From Thermoflexia bacterium (GTDB lineage Bacteria > Chloroflexota > Anaerolineae > B4-G1 > DUEL01), in NCBI GenBank assembly GCA_011192125.1, contig DUEL01000002.1, forward strand, positions 52,161 through 116,160: DNA of 64,000 bases, in the 5' to 3' direction. Made by a program: the position numbers and the translations under genes. The first letter of the stretch is position 1; every line of letters begins with the position of its first letter. The notes under the pieces were generated by a model. The model saw only the letters and a list, made by a program, of their open reading frames with translations, made no database searches and was not told the origin of the DNA. Below are positions 39,136 to 48,679 of the stretch, piece after piece.

Positions 39136-40167
39136 CTACCGTGCCGGGTCCGGATAAAGGTCGGCGATCGGCTCGGGGACGACGAAGGCGATGGCGGCGG
39201 CACGGCCGCGCACCGCGTCCGGCACGAGGGTCGCTCCCGAGGCCCGCGCCACCTCATCCCGCAGGGTCGCCAGCGGCACCGCCAGGCCGATCAGCCGTCG
39301 GTCCTCGCTCAAGAAGAACCGCACATCGGCCGGGACGCTGACGAACGCTTCCTGGACCGGGTCCCACACGGAGAGGAACGGCGCATACGTTCCGGTCTCC
39401 AGGGTGTAGTACAGCCCTACCGCCGCCTCGTCCCCCAGGTCGGTGTTGATGGGCCGGGTGCCCGGTGGACGGCCGGTGGTCGGGTCCCCATCCACGTCCA
39501 GCACGAACAGCCAGTCGGCGTTCACCAGCGGGGTCTCCGGCAGCGGGTCGTAGAGGATGATCCAGAGGACCGCCTCCCCCTCCTGCGCCCACTCGTCCAG
39601 TCCGGCGGGCAGGCTCTCCCGCGCGGTCAGTGCTATCCGCAGGTCCGGCGCGACGCTCGCGTTCTGGATGTCGAGCCCAGGCATCGGCGGCTCCACCGGC
39701 TCGCCGCTGGTGTAGTAGGCCACGTCCCCCTGGGGATCGGCCGGCGGGAGGGGGGTCGGTGTGGGGACCGGGGTAGGCGGTGGCGTGGGGGTCGGCGGGA
39801 GGGTAGGAGTGGGGGTCGGGGTGCAGGGGATGACGTGGACCAGGGCCCGCCCACGCTCTCCCCCGGGCCCGGCCGCCTGCACCTCATAGTCGCCCGGGAC
39901 GTCTCCGGCGACGTAGTGGCCCTCCGGTGAGATCTCCCCGCCCCCCGTGGCCGCCCACTGCACGTCGCTGAGCGGCGGATCGGTCTCGAAGTCCACCGCC
40001 TGACCGGGGCACAGGTTCGCTTCCGGCGGGACAATCTGGAGGGCGCGGGCCACGGCGCGGGGGCGGGAGAGAAGTTGCACGACGCTGGCGACCGCGCCGA
40101 TGACGACGACGGCAGCCACTGCAATGGTGATCCAGGCGAGAATCCGACGGACGGGTCCTTTTAGCAC
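39136..40167 (-). CDS. hypothetical N-terminally anchored extracytoplasmic protein with PT-rich linker
   Basis: TM anchor RRILAWITIAVAAVVVIGAVASVV, linker CTPTPTPTLPPTPTPPPTPVPTPTPLPP, C-terminal domain of unknown function. Confidence 0.65.
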   Translation of the reverse strand: MLKGPVRRILAWITIAVAAVVVIGAVASVVQLLSRPRAVARALQIVPPEANLCPGQAVDFETDPPLSDVQWAATGGGEISPEGHYVAGDVPGDYEVQAAGPGGERGRALVHVIPCTPTPTPTLPPTPTPPPTPVPTPTPLPPADPQGDVAYYTSGEPVEPPMPGLDIQNASVAPDLRIALTARESLPAGLDEWAQEGEAVLWIILYDPLPETPLVNADWLFVLDVDGDPTTGRPPGTRPINTDLGDEAAVGLYYTLETGTYAPFLSVWDPVQEAFVSVPADVRFFLSEDRRLIGLAVPLATLRDEVARASGATLVPDAVRGRAAAIAFVVPEPIADLYPDPAR

Positions 40168-40190
40168 GATCCACCTCGCAAGATGTGCTA

Positions 40191-40266
40191 ACCACAGAGG
40201 CGCAGAGGACTCAGGGTTTTCTCCAAATTATGGAGTTTCCTCTGTGCCCTCCGCGTCTCCACGGTT
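40191..40266. repeat. CACAGAGG-palindrome element copy I (overlaps 3' end of tilS)
   Basis: accacagaggcgcagaggactcagggttttctccaaattatggagtttcctctgtgccctccgcgtctccacggttttt; tilS last 13 codons + stop inside. Confidence 0.8.
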
Positions 40267-41742
40267 TTTCTCGACAAAGCGGAAGCGGGCGACGCGGCGG
40301 GTCTCCGGGCCGACGATGGCCGTCTCCGCCACCCGCCACCCGCACACCCAGACGACCTCCCCACCAGCCACGAGCAGGGGGAGTCGGTCCCGCCAGGCGC
40401 GGGGGACCTTGGCGTTGATCATCCAGTCGGTCAGGCGGGGGCCGTGCCCCCCCATCCCCTGCGGACGGAACCGATCGCCCGACCGACGGGTCCGTAGCAC
40501 CAGCGGTTTTTCCAGCCGATCAGCGTCCAGGTAGGCGGTCCATCGATCCGGGTTGACCTCCACCTCCTCCAGCGTCCAGGTCTCCAGGATCTCCGCCTCC
40601 AGCGCCCAGCCGGCCTCGGGCAAAGGAGTGATCCCGGGCAGAGCGACCTCCGTTTCGACGCCTGGGGGCATAGTTGGCCCCTCGGGCGGCGGTTCGTAAC
40701 CCGCTTCGGCGATGGTCAGCGTGTCGTACCCCACCGTGAGCATCAGCCCACCAGGGAGGGTGGCCTGCGCGCCGGTGGTCCCTTCCTCCGCCACGCGGCG
40801 GGCGTCCTCCACGTGGACGAAGTCCACGTCCCGCAGGGTGGGGCGGAGGTGGTAGGCCGCCTTCCGGATCAGCGCCCGCCGGAGGGAGAGGGGCTGGTCC
40901 CGCCACCCGGCCCGGTCGAAGACGACGGCTTGCTCCGTCTCCTCCTGCACCACCTCGTCCCAGGCCCGGTCCCGCAGTTCCTCCAAGAGAGCGTAGTCGG
41001 CGGCGACCACGTGAGCGGTGTGGCAGAGGCGGCGGCGGATGTTGGGGTTGTAGGTCTCCAGCAAGGGAAGCAGTTCGTGCCGCAGCCGGTTGCGGAAGTA
41101 GGTGGTGTCCAGGTTGGACCGGTCGAAGCGGGGTTCCAGGCCATAGGCGGCGCAGTAGGCTTCGATCCCGGCGCGGGGGACGTCGAGCAGGGGGCGGATG
41201 AGGAGCGGGAGTGGGGAGGGGAGCGGGCCGTCGGCGACCGGTTCCAGGAGACGGTAGTCGGATAGAGGGGTAACGGGGAGCATCCCCCGCAGACCGGCCG
41301 GTCCCGCCCCGCGCAGGAAGTGCATCAGCACCGTCTCCGCCTGGTCGTCGGCGTTGTGGCCCACGGCGATCTTGGAGGCCCCCACGTCGCCGGCCACGCG
41401 AGCCAGGAAGGCGTACCGCACCCGTCGGGCCGCCTCCTCGAAGGCCAGTTTGTGCGCGCGGGCGATGGCGGGCACATCTTTCTTGGCGATGGTCGCGGGC
41501 AGCCCCCACCGCCGGGCCAGGTCGGCCACGAAGGCGGCGTCGGCATCCGCCTCCTCCCCCCGTGCCCCGTGGTGGAGGTGGGCGACGTGCAGGCGAAGGT
41601 GGTACTCCTCCCGCAGCCGGACCAGCAGGTGGAGCAGGCAGAGAGAGTCCGGCCCTCCGGAGACGCCGACCACCACCGCGTCGCCGGGGGAGAGCAGGCT
41701 GTGCCGCCGGATGAACTCCTGGACCCTGCGCAGGATATCCAT
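40228..41742 (-). CDS. tilS: tRNA(Ile)-lysidine synthetase
   Basis: PP-loop AVVVGVSGGPDSLCLLHLL, conserved N-terminal ATP-pyrophosphatase domain, 504 aa. Confidence 0.85.
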   Translation of the reverse strand: MDILRRVQEFIRRHSLLSPGDAVVVGVSGGPDSLCLLHLLVRLREEYHLRLHVAHLHHGARGEEADADAAFVADLARRWGLPATIAKKDVPAIARAHKLAFEEAARRVRYAFLARVAGDVGASKIAVGHNADDQAETVLMHFLRGAGPAGLRGMLPVTPLSDYRLLEPVADGPLPSPLPLLIRPLLDVPRAGIEAYCAAYGLEPRFDRSNLDTTYFRNRLRHELLPLLETYNPNIRRRLCHTAHVVAADYALLEELRDRAWDEVVQEETEQAVVFDRAGWRDQPLSLRRALIRKAAYHLRPTLRDVDFVHVEDARRVAEEGTTGAQATLPGGLMLTVGYDTLTIAEAGYEPPPEGPTMPPGVETEVALPGITPLPEAGWALEAEILETWTLEEVEVNPDRWTAYLDADRLEKPLVLRTRRSGDRFRPQGMGGHGPRLTDWMINAKVPRAWRDRLPLLVAGGEVVWVCGWRVAETAIVGPETRRVARFRFVEKNRGDAEGTEETP

Positions 41743-41748
41743 AGGTCT

Positions 41749-41807
41749 TCACCACAGAGACACAGAGGGCACAGAGTTTCCTCTGTGTCCTCTGTGCCTC
41801 TGTGGTT
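41749..41807. repeat. CACAGAGG-palindrome element copy J (compact, 3-nt loop)
   Basis: accacagagacacagagggcacagagtttcctctgtgtcctctgtgcctctgtggtttt. Confidence 0.9.
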
Positions 41808-41815
41808 TTCCCCCC

Positions 41816-43030
41816 TCACAACCGAATGACCGTGCCGCAGTACTCGCAGGTGATCTCCCGCATCCCTTTCACAATCGGGGTGGTGAGGATCGCGCCGCAG
41901 TTGGGGCACTTGGTGGGGACCTCGGCGGGAGCCACCGGCTCCGCCTCGGCGGCCTCTTCTCCCTCGACCTGCACCCGTTCCTTCTCGATGTCGCCGGAGC
42001 GCACCCGACCGATCAGCGCGGCCCACTCCTCGTTGTCCGCCCCGCCCAGGAGCCGCAGCCGGGCCTCGGAGATGTCGGCCTCGGGGGCGAAGAGGACCTC
42101 CAGCATCTCCTTCCGCCCCAGGAAGCCGGACTGGCTGGCCTTGACCTCCTCGATGTGGCCGATGGGAACCTGGAAGATCAACTCCTGGACCGTCTTCTTC
42201 TCGGTGGTGATGAAGAGGATCTTCTTGGTGGCGACCTCCTCCTTGCGCTCGAAGATCAGGCGGCCGTCGGTGAGGAAGAGGATCCCCTCCGGACCTTCCT
42301 TCTTCGTCTCCAGGAACTGGGCCCGGCAGGCGGCGACCAGGTTCTCGTCGGGGTAGAAATCGAAGGAGGCCTGGTCCGCCTGCTCCAGCGCCCACTCGAT
42401 CTCCTCCACCTGGGCGCGGGTCTGGGTGACGTTCTGGTCGAGGGTGTCGAACATCGCCTCCAGCGCGTCCTGGGCGGCGGAGACCTTCCCCTCCAGGGTG
42501 CGGACCACGCTCTCGGCGCGGGCGATCCGGGCGGGGTCGCCGGAGGCGGCCTGCTGCACCGCCCGCTCCGCATCGCGCAGCGCCCGGGAGAGTTCAGCGC
42601 CGCGCCGTTCCACCTCCCGTCGCACCCGGTCCTGCATATCGGCCCACTGCTTGGAGAGGACCTCCACCTTCCGCTCCAGGTAGTTGCGGAAGACGTACCC
42701 CCGCGAACGCAGGGTCTCGATCTCGGCGGGGAGGGTGGTCAGCATCGCCTCGATGTCCGCCAGGTCGTCGTAGATGTCGGAGAGGGAGGCAGCCTCCTGG
42801 AGCCGTTCCAGTTTCCAGGAGAGCGACTCCAACTGGCTCTTGGCCTCCTCTGTGGCTGCGCCGACGGCGGGGGCCGCCGCGACGTAGGCTCGCCGTTCCT
42901 TGCGACGGGTCTCCCGCCTCTTCATCCGTTCTACCGCCGAGAGGGGGACCGACTTCTTCTTCGACTTCACACTGCCCTTGGTCGATCGCTTCTTCGGTCG
43001 CCGGGCCACTTCCTTTTCAACGGGTGTCAT
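41816..43030 (-). CDS. hypothetical protein: basic N-terminus, long coiled-coil, PH-like beta domain, C-terminal CxxC...CxxC zinc ribbon
   Basis: 404 aa; CPNCGAILTTPIVKGMREITCEYCG zinc-ribbon; starts 1 nt after prfB stop. Confidence 0.65.
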   Translation of the reverse strand: MTPVEKEVARRPKKRSTKGSVKSKKKSVPLSAVERMKRRETRRKERRAYVAAAPAVGAATEEAKSQLESLSWKLERLQEAASLSDIYDDLADIEAMLTTLPAEIETLRSRGYVFRNYLERKVEVLSKQWADMQDRVRREVERRGAELSRALRDAERAVQQAASGDPARIARAESVVRTLEGKVSAAQDALEAMFDTLDQNVTQTRAQVEEIEWALEQADQASFDFYPDENLVAACRAQFLETKKEGPEGILFLTDGRLIFERKEEVATKKILFITTEKKTVQELIFQVPIGHIEEVKASQSGFLGRKEMLEVLFAPEADISEARLRLLGGADNEEWAALIGRVRSGDIEKERVQVEGEEAAEAEPVAPAEVPTKCPNCGAILTTPIVKGMREITCEYCGTVIRL

Positions 43031-43031
43031 C

Positions 43032-44133
43032 TTACCCTCCTTTCACCTCACCTCCTACGGTGGCCCGCAGGTAGGCCTCCATAAACTCGTCCAGCCGCCC
43101 GTCCAGCACCGCCTGGGCGTTGCCGGTCTCGTACCCAGTACGGTGGTCTTTTACCATCTGGTAGGGATGGAGGACGTAGGAGCGGATCTGATTCCCCCAC
43201 CCGGCCTCGACGTGCTCCCCCTTGATCCGCGCCAGTTCCTCGCGCCGTTTCTTCTCCTCCAGTTCCATCAGCCGCGCCCGGAGGATGCGCATCGCCGTCT
43301 CCCGATTCTGGGTCTGCGATCGCTCGTTCTGGCAGGAGACGACGATACCGGTGGGGAGGTGGGTGATGCGGACGGCAGTCTCGTTCTTCTGCATGTGCTG
43401 ACCGCCAGCGCTGGAGGCGCGGAAGGTCTCGATCTTCAGATCGTTGGGGTCGATGCGGACCGCTTCAGCCTCGGGCAGATCGGGCCAGACCTCCACCAGG
43501 ACGAAGGAGGTGTGGCGGCGGTGGGCGGCGTCGAAGGGGGAGAGGCGGACCAGCCGGTGGACCCCCCGTTCGGACCGGAGGTAGCCGTAGGCGTAGGGGC
43601 CGGAGATGGCGACGGTAGCCCGCTTGATGCCGGCCTCCTCGCCGTAGAGCCGGTCCACCAGCTCCGCCCGGTAGCCCCGCGACTCGGCCCAGCGGAGGTA
43701 CATCCGCAGGAGCATCTCGGCAAAGTCCTGGGCGTCGATCCCACCCGCCCCGGCATGCAGGGCGAGGAAGGCGCTGCTCCGGTCGTAAGGGCCGGAGAGG
43801 AGGACGCGGAACTCCAACTGGTCCAGTTCCCTCTCGATCGCCTCCGCCTCGGCGACCAACTCTTCGATCAGATCCTCACCCTCCAGTTCGGCCAGCTCCA
43901 ACACGTCGGCCACCCGCTGCTCCAGAGCCAGCCACGGCTCTATCTCCTCCCGCAGGTCGGCCAGCCGTTGCATCGTCCGCTGAGCCGTCTCCGGGTCGTC
44001 CCAAAGGTCCGGCCGAGCGGCCTCCTTCTCCAACCTGGCGATCTCTTCTTCCTTCGCCGCTAAGTCAAAGACGCCTCCGGAAGTCGGAGAGTTGGGCCTG
44101 AAGTGCCTTGAGGCGTGCTCGCAGTTCGTCCAT
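43032..44133 (-). CDS. prfB: peptide chain release factor 2, requires programmed +1 frameshift at 44067
   Basis: ORF0 44133..44068 (MDELRARLKALQAQLSDFRRRL) ends CUU UGA C; +1 frame continues DLAAKEEEIARLEK...; RHTSFVLVEV and SSAGGQHMQK (GGQ) motifs; GGAGG SD-like stimulator 3 nt upstream of CUU. Confidence 0.9.
44062..44076 (-). other. RF2 autoregulatory +1 frameshift site (CGGAGGCGUCUU UGA C)
   Basis: Internal SD-like GGAGG, slippery CUU, in-frame UGA followed by C. Confidence 0.85.
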
Positions 44134-44769
44134 CGGTCGATACTTTCCTCCGTATTGCGTGATGTGTGTTGCGTGTTCCGCTTTCCTGCTCCTTGTCTCT
44201 TGCCTCTCTTCATCTTGATGATAACATAGAACCCCCGATTCCGCCAACGGAAGAGGCTCTGGACAGCGCGCCTCAGGTTGTGATGGAGCGGCGAGATCGC
44301 CAGTTTGACTTTTCCCAACACCTATGCTATTCTCTCCTCCACCGCTCTTTCATAGGACTTTCATAAAGACCCACGGGTACGGTCGTAAGCCCCCTCCGGC
44401 GGGGGAAATGGCAGGAGACGACCGACAACCCCGCTTCGGTCTACGCTGGTCCCCTGTCGGTATTCCCCCAACCATTGACTCCTCCCTGAGAGGAAACCCA
44501 ACATCTGCGCTATACGGGTATCCCCCAGAGCGACCGCGCCTGAAGGTTGATGAGCACCTTCATTCCGCCCAGGGCCTGCCTCCCCCACTCCCGCGCCAGA
44601 ACAGCACTCCGGTGAACCTGGAATCGCTACTGGCGCAACTGCGGGAGGGGGCCCAGGGGGACATCCGCATCTCGTACCACGCCGAAAGATGGGGCCTGGG
44701 CAGCCACGATAGACGGAGCACCACGGAGGCGCGGAGGGTACAGAGGAGCCTGATCGAGGGAGGTGGCTT

Positions 44770-45399
44770 GTGAGACGTATGGTTGCATTGCTGACGAGTT
44801 TGGCATTAGTGAGTCTGCTGTCGACCACGATATTCACCTCATCCCTCTACGCCCAACAACCACCCCCATCGTTCGCTGGTCACTGGCGCGTGCAGCAGAC
44901 GACCTACGACGAGGGCTATGTCTACATCGCAGTAGCAGGCATCAACGCCAAGATGTACCTGACGGACGAAAACGCGACCTTCTATGAACACAACCTGGTC
45001 GCAGAGGGCACAATCAATGGCAACCAACTGACTCTCTTCTTCACACCAGACTGGTATCCCGGATGCACCGCTTCCCTCACGCTCGGCGACGATGGGAACT
45101 CCTTCACGGGCAATGTCACGGGTGAGAACTGCGGGCAATTCCTGGGACCCATCACAGGTGTACGGGTGAGCACCGGCCGCAGCCTCGAACTTCACGTCTC
45201 CCCAGAGAACCTCTCCGCAGGCGGGATCGCCTATCTCGACCTGCGGGCCTTCCGCGGCGGTGAGCCGATCGCGGGCATGGAGATCCCAGTGGTGGCGACG
45301 GAGGTCCAGATCGAGCAGAATCCCATCATCCAGGAGCCCTACATCGGAGTCGTAGCCGACGGCGCCAGCACCCTCGACATCTTCCTTCACCTCCCCTAA
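44770..45399 (+). CDS. secreted hypothetical protein (possibly N-terminal part of a longer disrupted gene)
   Basis: GTG start after GGAGG SD; signal peptide MRRMVALLTSLALVSLLSTTIFTSSLYA; ends at TAA 45397-45399, same frame continues at 45460. Confidence 0.6.
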   Translation: MRRMVALLTSLALVSLLSTTIFTSSLYAQQPPPSFAGHWRVQQTTYDEGYVYIAVAGINAKMYLTDENATFYEHNLVAEGTINGNQLTLFFTPDWYPGCTASLTLGDDGNSFTGNVTGENCGQFLGPITGVRVSTGRSLELHVSPENLSAGGIAYLDLRAFRGGEPIAGMEIPVVATEVQIEQNPIIQEPYIGVVADGASTLDIFLHLP

Positions 45400-45459
45400 C
45401 TGGCAGGCCAGCCGATCCCCTTCACACCTCCGGCGCTCGGGACCCTTGAGGGAGACGCT

Positions 45460-46487
45460 GTGGTCGATACGGGCGGTCAGCCCGCTGTCCTGCTGTCTGA
45501 GGACCTTGTGATCAGAAACACCTCCTCGCACCTCAACGGAGTCGTGGAGTACCTCTTCGACAACAGAGTGCATGCACCAGGAGTGCCCTTCACCCCGGAC
45601 GGCAACACCCCCCTGACCAGGGATCCGGGCGTATGGGCCAAGATCGTGGAACTGCTGCTCCAGGACATCCACCGCGTCCCCCTGGAATCCACTCGCGTGG
45701 GGATCCTTCGGGGCGCGGGGGAGGTTTACATCCGATCGTCGGATGGGACCCTCCAGCCGGTGACGACCTACCCGATCGGCTTCCGCCCGACTGAGGCTGT
45801 TCAGACCGGGCAGGGGCGCGCGGTCGTGGGAATCTACCTGAACGACGCCCTCTGGGGGTTCATCGCCGCCCGCGAGAACACCCGGTTCGTCATAGAACAT
45901 GTTTCTCCCTATCAGGTCGTACCGACTCCCCCGCCACCGACACAGCCCCCACCTTCTCCCCAGACCAACACGGTCACCCTGACCCTGATCAACCGTTTCG
46001 ACCGAGACGTGTGCTACGTCTACATCTCGCCTGTCGATAGCGAGACCTGGGGCGCAGACTGGCTGGGTGAATCCGAGACGATCCCTCCAGGGGCCAGCCG
46101 CACCTTCGACCTCACCCCCGGCACCTACGATCTGCTGGCGACCGACTGCAACGAGGAGACACTGGTGGAGACCTACGGCCTCGACCTCTCTCGGTCTGGG
46201 ACGTGGGAACTTGTGCCCACTCCGTCCACGCCGGGCGGTGTCACGCTGACGGCCATCAACGGTACCGACACCCCGGTCTGTTACATCCTCATCTCTCCGT
46301 CCGACAGCGAGGAGTGGGAGAGGACTGGCTGGGCCCCGAGGAGACCCTCCAGCCCGGCGGAACGCGCACCTTCCAGGTCCCGCCCGGAACCTACGACCTG
46401 GCCGCCCTTGACTGCGACCAGAACTTCTTGAGCGAGACCTACGGCGTCGTCATCACCGAAGGGACAGAATGGAGAATTGAGCCATAG
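45460..46487 (+). pseudogene. secreted repeat-domain protein gene, disrupted (in-frame TAA upstream, and -1 frameshift at G-run near 46312)
   Basis: Two ~85-aa repeats VTLT(L/A)IN..CY(V/I)(Y/L)ISP.DSE.W..DWLG..ET..PG..RTF...PGTYDL.A.DC...; second repeat only restored by inserting one G in tggg-agag (compare tgggg in repeat 1); no own signal peptide. Confidence 0.55.
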
Positions 46488-46514
46488 GGAATTGAACTAC
46501 GAACTCCCAACCCT

Positions 46515-46543
46515 TTGCCCATCCAGCCCACCCCTGCTATAAT
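46515..46543 (+). promoter_or_regulatory. promoter TTGCCC-17-TATAAT giving a near-leaderless transcript for lipid kinase gene
   Basis: TATAAT 46538-46543 ends 10 nt before ATG 46554; no SD. Confidence 0.45.
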
Positions 46544-46553
46544 CCCTTTCACG

Positions 46554-47492
46554 ATGAAGGGGCGCATCATCTACAACCCCACCGCCGGCCCGCGGGACGT
46601 GGAGCGGGAACTGCGCCGGGTGCGGAAAACGCTGGCGAAACGGGGATGGGAGGTCGAGATCACCACCACCCACAACCCCGGCGACGCCAAACGGCTGGCG
46701 CGGGAGGCGGCCCAGGCCGGGATGGACGGCGTGTGGGTCGCCGGGGGGGACGGCACCATCAATGAAGCGGTCAACGGGCTTGTGGGCAGCCGGACCGCTT
46801 TAGGCATCCTCCCGGTCGGAACCGGTAACATGTGGGCCCGGCAACTCCACCTTCCCATCTACACCCTCGCCAACCCGTTCCGCCTGCGGGAGGCCGCCAC
46901 TGCCCAGTTGGAAGGACGGGTCCACGCCGTCGACGTCGGGCGGATCGGCAACCGGTACTTCCTCCTCTGGGCGGGCATCGGCTTCGACGCCCTCATCACC
47001 GCCGAACTGGAACCCCGGTCTCGGCCTATCAAGCGGCTGGGCGCGCTTCCCTACATCGTCGCCGCCGTCACCCTAGCCCGCAACTACTCCGGCGTGCGGG
47101 CCCGCGTGGCACTGGACGGGCGAATGGTGCGCGGCCGGATGCTCCTGGTCCTGGTCAGCAACATCCAAACCTACGCCTTTTTCCCCATCGCCCGCCAGGC
47201 CCGCCTGGACGATGGGCGGCTCGACGTGCTGGTCTTCAAGGGTCTGGGACTTTCCTACATCGCCCGCCACCTGGTCCGCGCCTTCAGCAACAAGCCCCTC
47301 CAAGATCCACGGACCGTCTACCGCCAGGTTCAACGGATCACGGTGGATACGGAAATCCCTATCTCGGTCCAGGTGGACGGCGATCCATTGGGGACCACCC
47401 CCGTCGCCATCAGCGTCGTGCCGAGGTCGCTGCGAGTGATGGTTCCCCCTCAGGCCCCTACCGATCTCTTCACCGAAGGAGTGGATGAATGA
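46554..47492 (+). CDS. diacylglycerol/lipid kinase catalytic-domain protein (DAGK_cat, YegS/BmrU-like)
   Basis: MKGRIIYNPTAG...GVWVAGGDGTINEAVNGL...GILPVGTGNMWARQL motifs. Confidence 0.8.
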   Translation: MKGRIIYNPTAGPRDVERELRRVRKTLAKRGWEVEITTTHNPGDAKRLAREAAQAGMDGVWVAGGDGTINEAVNGLVGSRTALGILPVGTGNMWARQLHLPIYTLANPFRLREAATAQLEGRVHAVDVGRIGNRYFLLWAGIGFDALITAELEPRSRPIKRLGALPYIVAAVTLARNYSGVRARVALDGRMVRGRMLLVLVSNIQTYAFFPIARQARLDDGRLDVLVFKGLGLSYIARHLVRAFSNKPLQDPRTVYRQVQRITVDTEIPISVQVDGDPLGTTPVAISVVPRSLRVMVPPQAPTDLFTEGVDE

Positions 47493-48532
47493 AGTACTTG
47501 ATGATCCTTCTTGTCTTCGTTCCCATCGCTCTGCTTTCCCGATATCTTGGCGGACCGCCGTTACTGACCCTCACCGCCGCCGCCCTGGGGATCATCCCCC
47601 TCTCTGGCCTAATGGGGCGGGGCACGGAGGAACTTTCCGTCCGGGCCGGGCCACGGGTGAGCGGGCTGGTGAACGGGACGCTGGGCAACGCGGCGGAGTT
47701 GATCATCACCTTCTTCGCCATCCGCGCCGGCCTGCTGGAACTGGTCAAAGCGTCCATCACCGGCTCCATCCTGGGCAACCTCCTCCTGGTGATGGGCTTC
47801 AGCCTCCTCGTCGGCGGGCTGCGCCACGGGGTGCAGCGATTCGACCGCTCGCAGGCCGGGCTGGACGCTACGATGCTCATTCTGGCTATCATCGCCCTGG
47901 CGATCCCCTCCCTCTTCGGCCACTCCATCGAGGCGGTCAATCACGACGCGGTGGAGTACCTCAGCCTGGGCGTCGCCGGGATGATGATCCTGGTCTACGT
48001 CCTCGGGCTGATCTACAGTTTCCGCGCCACCGCCGGGGCGACCGAAGCGCCCCACGCGGAACCAACCTGGTCCCCGGCCAAGGCAGGGCTCGTACTGGGG
48101 ATCTCCACCATCCTGGTGGCCTGGCTGAGCGAGGTGCTGGTGGCGGTCGTGGAGCCTGCGCTGGAGCACCTGGGCTGGTCGGAGTTCTTCCTGGGGATCG
48201 TGATCGTCCCCATCGTGGGCAACGTGGCCGAGCACCTGGTCGCCGTCCAGGTGGCAGCCGAGGATCAGATGGACCTCAGCCTGGGGATCTCGGTCGGTTC
48301 GAGCCTGCAGATCGCCCTGCTCGTGGCCCCGGTGCTGGTCTTCCTGAGCCTGGCGATGGGGAACCCGCTCACCCTCGTCTTCAACGAATTCGAACTGATC
48401 GCCCTGGTCGCCGCCGCGCTGATCGCCGCCCTCGTCGCTCTCGACGGGGAATCCAACTGGATGGAGGGGGTCCAACTCCTGGTAGTCTACGCCATCCTGG
48501 CCCTGGCCTTCTTCTACCTCCCCCTGGGATAG
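47489..48532 (+). CDS. Ca2+/H+ antiporter (CaCA/CAX family)
   Basis: Two alpha-repeat motifs GNAAELIITFFAI and GNVAEHLVAVQVA; ATGA overlap with kinase gene. Confidence 0.85.
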   Translation: MKYLMILLVFVPIALLSRYLGGPPLLTLTAAALGIIPLSGLMGRGTEELSVRAGPRVSGLVNGTLGNAAELIITFFAIRAGLLELVKASITGSILGNLLLVMGFSLLVGGLRHGVQRFDRSQAGLDATMLILAIIALAIPSLFGHSIEAVNHDAVEYLSLGVAGMMILVYVLGLIYSFRATAGATEAPHAEPTWSPAKAGLVLGISTILVAWLSEVLVAVVEPALEHLGWSEFFLGIVIVPIVGNVAEHLVAVQVAAEDQMDLSLGISVGSSLQIALLVAPVLVFLSLAMGNPLTLVFNEFELIALVAAALIAALVALDGESNWMEGVQLLVVYAILALAFFYLPLG

Positions 48533-48549
48533 AGCACCTCTCCACTGCA

Positions 48550-48632
48550 CTGGCTACCCGACAGTCAGCCAGCCTCCCGCAGGTTAGGGAACCTGCGGGA
48601 GGCCCCTTTCAACAGCGTCAAGTAGCTGATCC
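48550..48632. repeat. second copy of hairpin element (minimal loop form)
   Basis: ctggctacccgacagtcagccagcctcccgcaggttagggaacctgcgggaggcccctttcaacagcgtcaagtagctgat; 14-bp perfect GC-rich stem with 4-nt loop; between convergent genes. Confidence 0.6.
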
Positions 48633-48679
48633 ATCGCAGAAGAGAAGCACAGAGTCTTGCAACAGTGCTCTCAGTGTTC

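Noticed and set aside
44470-44540. TPP riboswitch (CUGAGA...ACCC segment)
   Set aside because: The downstream GAACCUGAUC / UAAUACC / AGGGA consensus blocks and the P1-P2 GGGGUGC element are missing. The downstream gene is not thiamine-related.
44324-44773. 149-aa ORF in prfB upstream region
   Set aside because: It has weak GC3 bias compared with all genuine genes here, no SD, and a Pro-rich low-complexity product. It is treated as non-coding.
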